Below are positions 48,044 through 49,959 of a stretch of DNA of 49,959 nucleotides, piece by piece. The position numbers and the translations under genes are program-made. Origin of the DNA: Nanobdellati archaeon (lineage in GTDB: Archaea; EX4484-52; GLR71); contig JAHYJO010000011.1 of assembly GCA_019429125.1 (NCBI GenBank), positions 1-49,959 of the forward strand, read 5' to 3'. The notes under the pieces are model-generated. The model worked only from the letters and a program-made list of their open reading frames with translations, did not search any database and was not told where the DNA came from. Within the stretch, counting starts at the first letter, position 1, and each line of letters opens with the position of its first letter.

Positions 48044-49162
48044 TTAATGTTTGATAAGGCTCAATGAATCAAGAGCTTTGATTATCTCATTTTCGGGATT
48101 ATCAGATATCTCAACATCTTTTCCTGTTATTTTTTTGGCAAGTCTAAGATAAAGCACGGATAACTCTTCCAACCAAGATGTTGGCAACTCTGTATGTTCT
48201 GCTAACTTTTTTCGTGTCTGAAAACAAGCATTATTAAGGAGTATATTTTGATCAAATCTATTTAGGAGATTCCACCTAAATACTTCTTTTGATTCTTCTA
48301 CAATATTACCTTTAAGATATTGAGTCAAGTCCCAATATCTTGATGAATCAGGTGTTCCAACCTCATCAATATAGACTATATGCCAATTACCATTTAAATC
48401 TCGGACATAACCTAATTCAAACTTGGTGTCAACGAGTATCTGATAACTATTTTTTAGGTTATCTGAAATAATCTCAAAACCATCTGTCAATAATCTTTCA
48501 TAAACATCTATGTCTTCTTCAGCTCTAAAACCGAAGGCTCTGTAATTGTTTATTATTTGCGCTCTTGAAATATTTGTATCCTCTTCTTCAGAGATACCAG
48601 GAATTCCCGTCAATATACCTTTTGTTGAAGAAGTTATCATATGCTGTTCAAGTTTTTGATTTTTTTTAAGGCCTTCTGGAAGTTCAATGCCACAAAAAGT
48701 TCTATCACCTTTTTCGTATGCGCGCCACATACTACCTGTAAGGTACTGCCTGCATATCCCTTCAACATATATAGGCTCTGCTTTCTGGACCACCCATACC
48801 ATAGGATGAGGTTTATCTACGATATGATTGCCTGCTAGATTTACCTTATCAAATTCATCAAACCAATATCCAGATATGGCATTCAATGTAGCACCTTTGC
48901 CGACAACACCATCAACTCCACCCTCAAATCTCCAATTTACATCAAATGCAGAAAGCTTGTCACTTATTACCATAACACCTAACTGCGTGTCAAGATATGC
49001 GTCATAACCTTGTTGTTTGATTAATGTATAACTGTCTTCAGGACTTAACCAATAGACTGACCGCACTTTACCATCGTGCACGTCACCTATATGATTTATT
49101 GGTAAACCGTTTGTGTTAACCAGAACTGATGATGAATCCTTTTTTGACATAGTCGTTATCAC
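48044..49162 (-). CDS. purC: SAICAR synthase, long Vibrio-type
   Basis: VHDGKVRSVYWL, MVISDKLSAFD, GSMWRAY, STKGILTGIPG, VDTKFELG and DEVGTPDSSR. Confidence 0.93.
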   Translation of the reverse strand: MITTMSKKDSSSVLVNTNGLPINHIGDVHDGKVRSVYWLSPEDSYTLIKQQGYDAYLDTQLGVMVISDKLSAFDVNWRFEGGVDGVVGKGATLNAISGYWFDEFDKVNLAGNHIVDKPHPMVWVVQKAEPIYVEGICRQYLTGSMWRAYEKGDRTFCGIELPEGLKKNQKLEQHMITSSTKGILTGIPGISEEEDTNISRAQIINNYRAFGFRAEEDIDVYERLLTDGFEIISDNLKNSYQILVDTKFELGYVRDLNGNWHIVYIDEVGTPDSSRYWDLTQYLKGNIVEESKEVFRWNLLNRFDQNILLNNACFQTRKKLAEHTELPTSWLEELSVLYLRLAKKITGKDVEISDNPENEIIKALDSLSLIKH

Positions 49163-49198
49163 TCCTAAACAAAAGTAATAATATTTGCAATAGTATGT

Positions 49199-49661
49199 TT
49201 AAAAGTTTAATCCGGAAAGAAATTGTTCGGCATGGGAGTTATGTTTTATGAACTTGTCATATAATGTTGATAGTTTACCCAATGAATCTTTAGGAATAAT
49301 AGCCTTATTTGCCAAAGATATGTATTCTATATTAAGATAATCAAGCGAAGACTTGAAAAGATACATTGGACGTTCCAGCACGGAGGATACCACTATTCCA
49401 TCATCACCTGTTTTTTTTGAAACACGCCAATCCTGTGCAATACACCCACCTAGCACCATCGCAATATGACCACAATCATCTAATCTATCAAAGTTATTGT
49501 CCAGATGATATAAACCAATGTGTGTTACTGGTTTTGGTGGCAAATAAACATTATATTTCGACGCGGTTTTTTTAGAGAAAGTAATCTTGCCAAAATGATT
49601 GCTGAAATTGTTATAAAGATAATCTATCTGCCTTGAATAGGATGCATGAAAACTTAATATA
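49199..49661 (-). pseudogene. Hypothetical gene, probably 5'-truncated by the adjacent IS630 insertion
   Basis: The called TTG start (49666) lies within the IS end and overlaps the transposase stop; the frame runs up to the TA junction. Confidence 0.5.
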
Positions 49662-49959
49662 GTCAAAGCGACAAATAATTAGAAAGTTTATGTGTAAAAA
49701 ACCCATTTACCCATAATTTACTTAAACTACTCAACAACTCTGTTTTTTTAGAGAATGAATACAGTTGTAATAATTCTTGTCTTGTTTTTTTCCAACAAAA
49801 TTCTACTGGATTTTTATCAGGTGCTGCTGTTGAAAAATATTCATATTCTAACCAATCCTTATTTGCATCTAAGTATTCTTTAGCATCGTTAGATGTATGA
49901 AAACTTGCTTTATCAATTATTAAAAATACTTTGTGGTTTATATCTTTTTTGAATTTTTT
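49662..49959 (-). mobile_element. IS630-family transposase C-terminal fragment (49663..49959) and element end
   Basis: Minus frame open from the window edge: KVFLIIDKASFHTS...EYEYFSTAAPDKNPVEFCWKK...NYLSL*, matching the DDE_3 pattern D.A..H...P..NP.E..W; TA immediately outside at 49660-49661. Not in the ORF track. Confidence 0.88.

Noticed and set aside
397-49575. Numerous 60-180-aa ORFs antisense or out of frame to the called genes (e.g. 16720, 34553, 46544, 12217)
   Set aside because: Shadow ORFs overlapping well-supported genes, with no motifs.

Overview
Archaeal genomic segment, AT-rich, with GGTGA-type ribosome-binding sites and TTTATA(A/T)A promoters. The gene mix is compatible with a small-genome DPANN-type archaeon; this is an inference and needs phylogeny. 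Both edges are C-terminal transposase fragments missed by the ORF track (IS66-like at the left, IS630-like at the right), so this is probably a whole contig broken at IS copies. Core content: a glycogen/alpha-glucan cluster (GT3 synthase, debranching enzyme, GH57, GT4, plus a GT4 half-protein), ADP-dependent sugar kinase, TpiA, a membrane-anchored FKBP, a SAMP/MoaD-like protein, a CysM-like cysteine synthase, SRP54, Dph6, a Ski2/HelY-like helicase, a complete A/V-type ATPase operon (H-I-K-E-C-F-A-B-D) divergent from an AbrB-PhoU regulator, MinD and a Vibrio-type PurC. The most notable points: (1) two ~1,780-aa paralogous surface proteins share N- and C-terminal chassis but carry different middles; one ends in a cytoplasmic C2H2 zinc finger and the other contains a C25/gingipain-like domain lacking both catalytic residues; (2) two paralogous orphan proteins ending in HbYX-like motifs flank the ubiquitin-like gene; (3) two copies of a TA-flanked MITE, one of which donates a start codon to a zinc-ribbon ORF; (4) a Roadblock protein has an in-frame (TDTDH)n expansion, and a 13-bp tandem array sits inside the ATPase operon. 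All family calls are by-eye motif recognition, not database searches.
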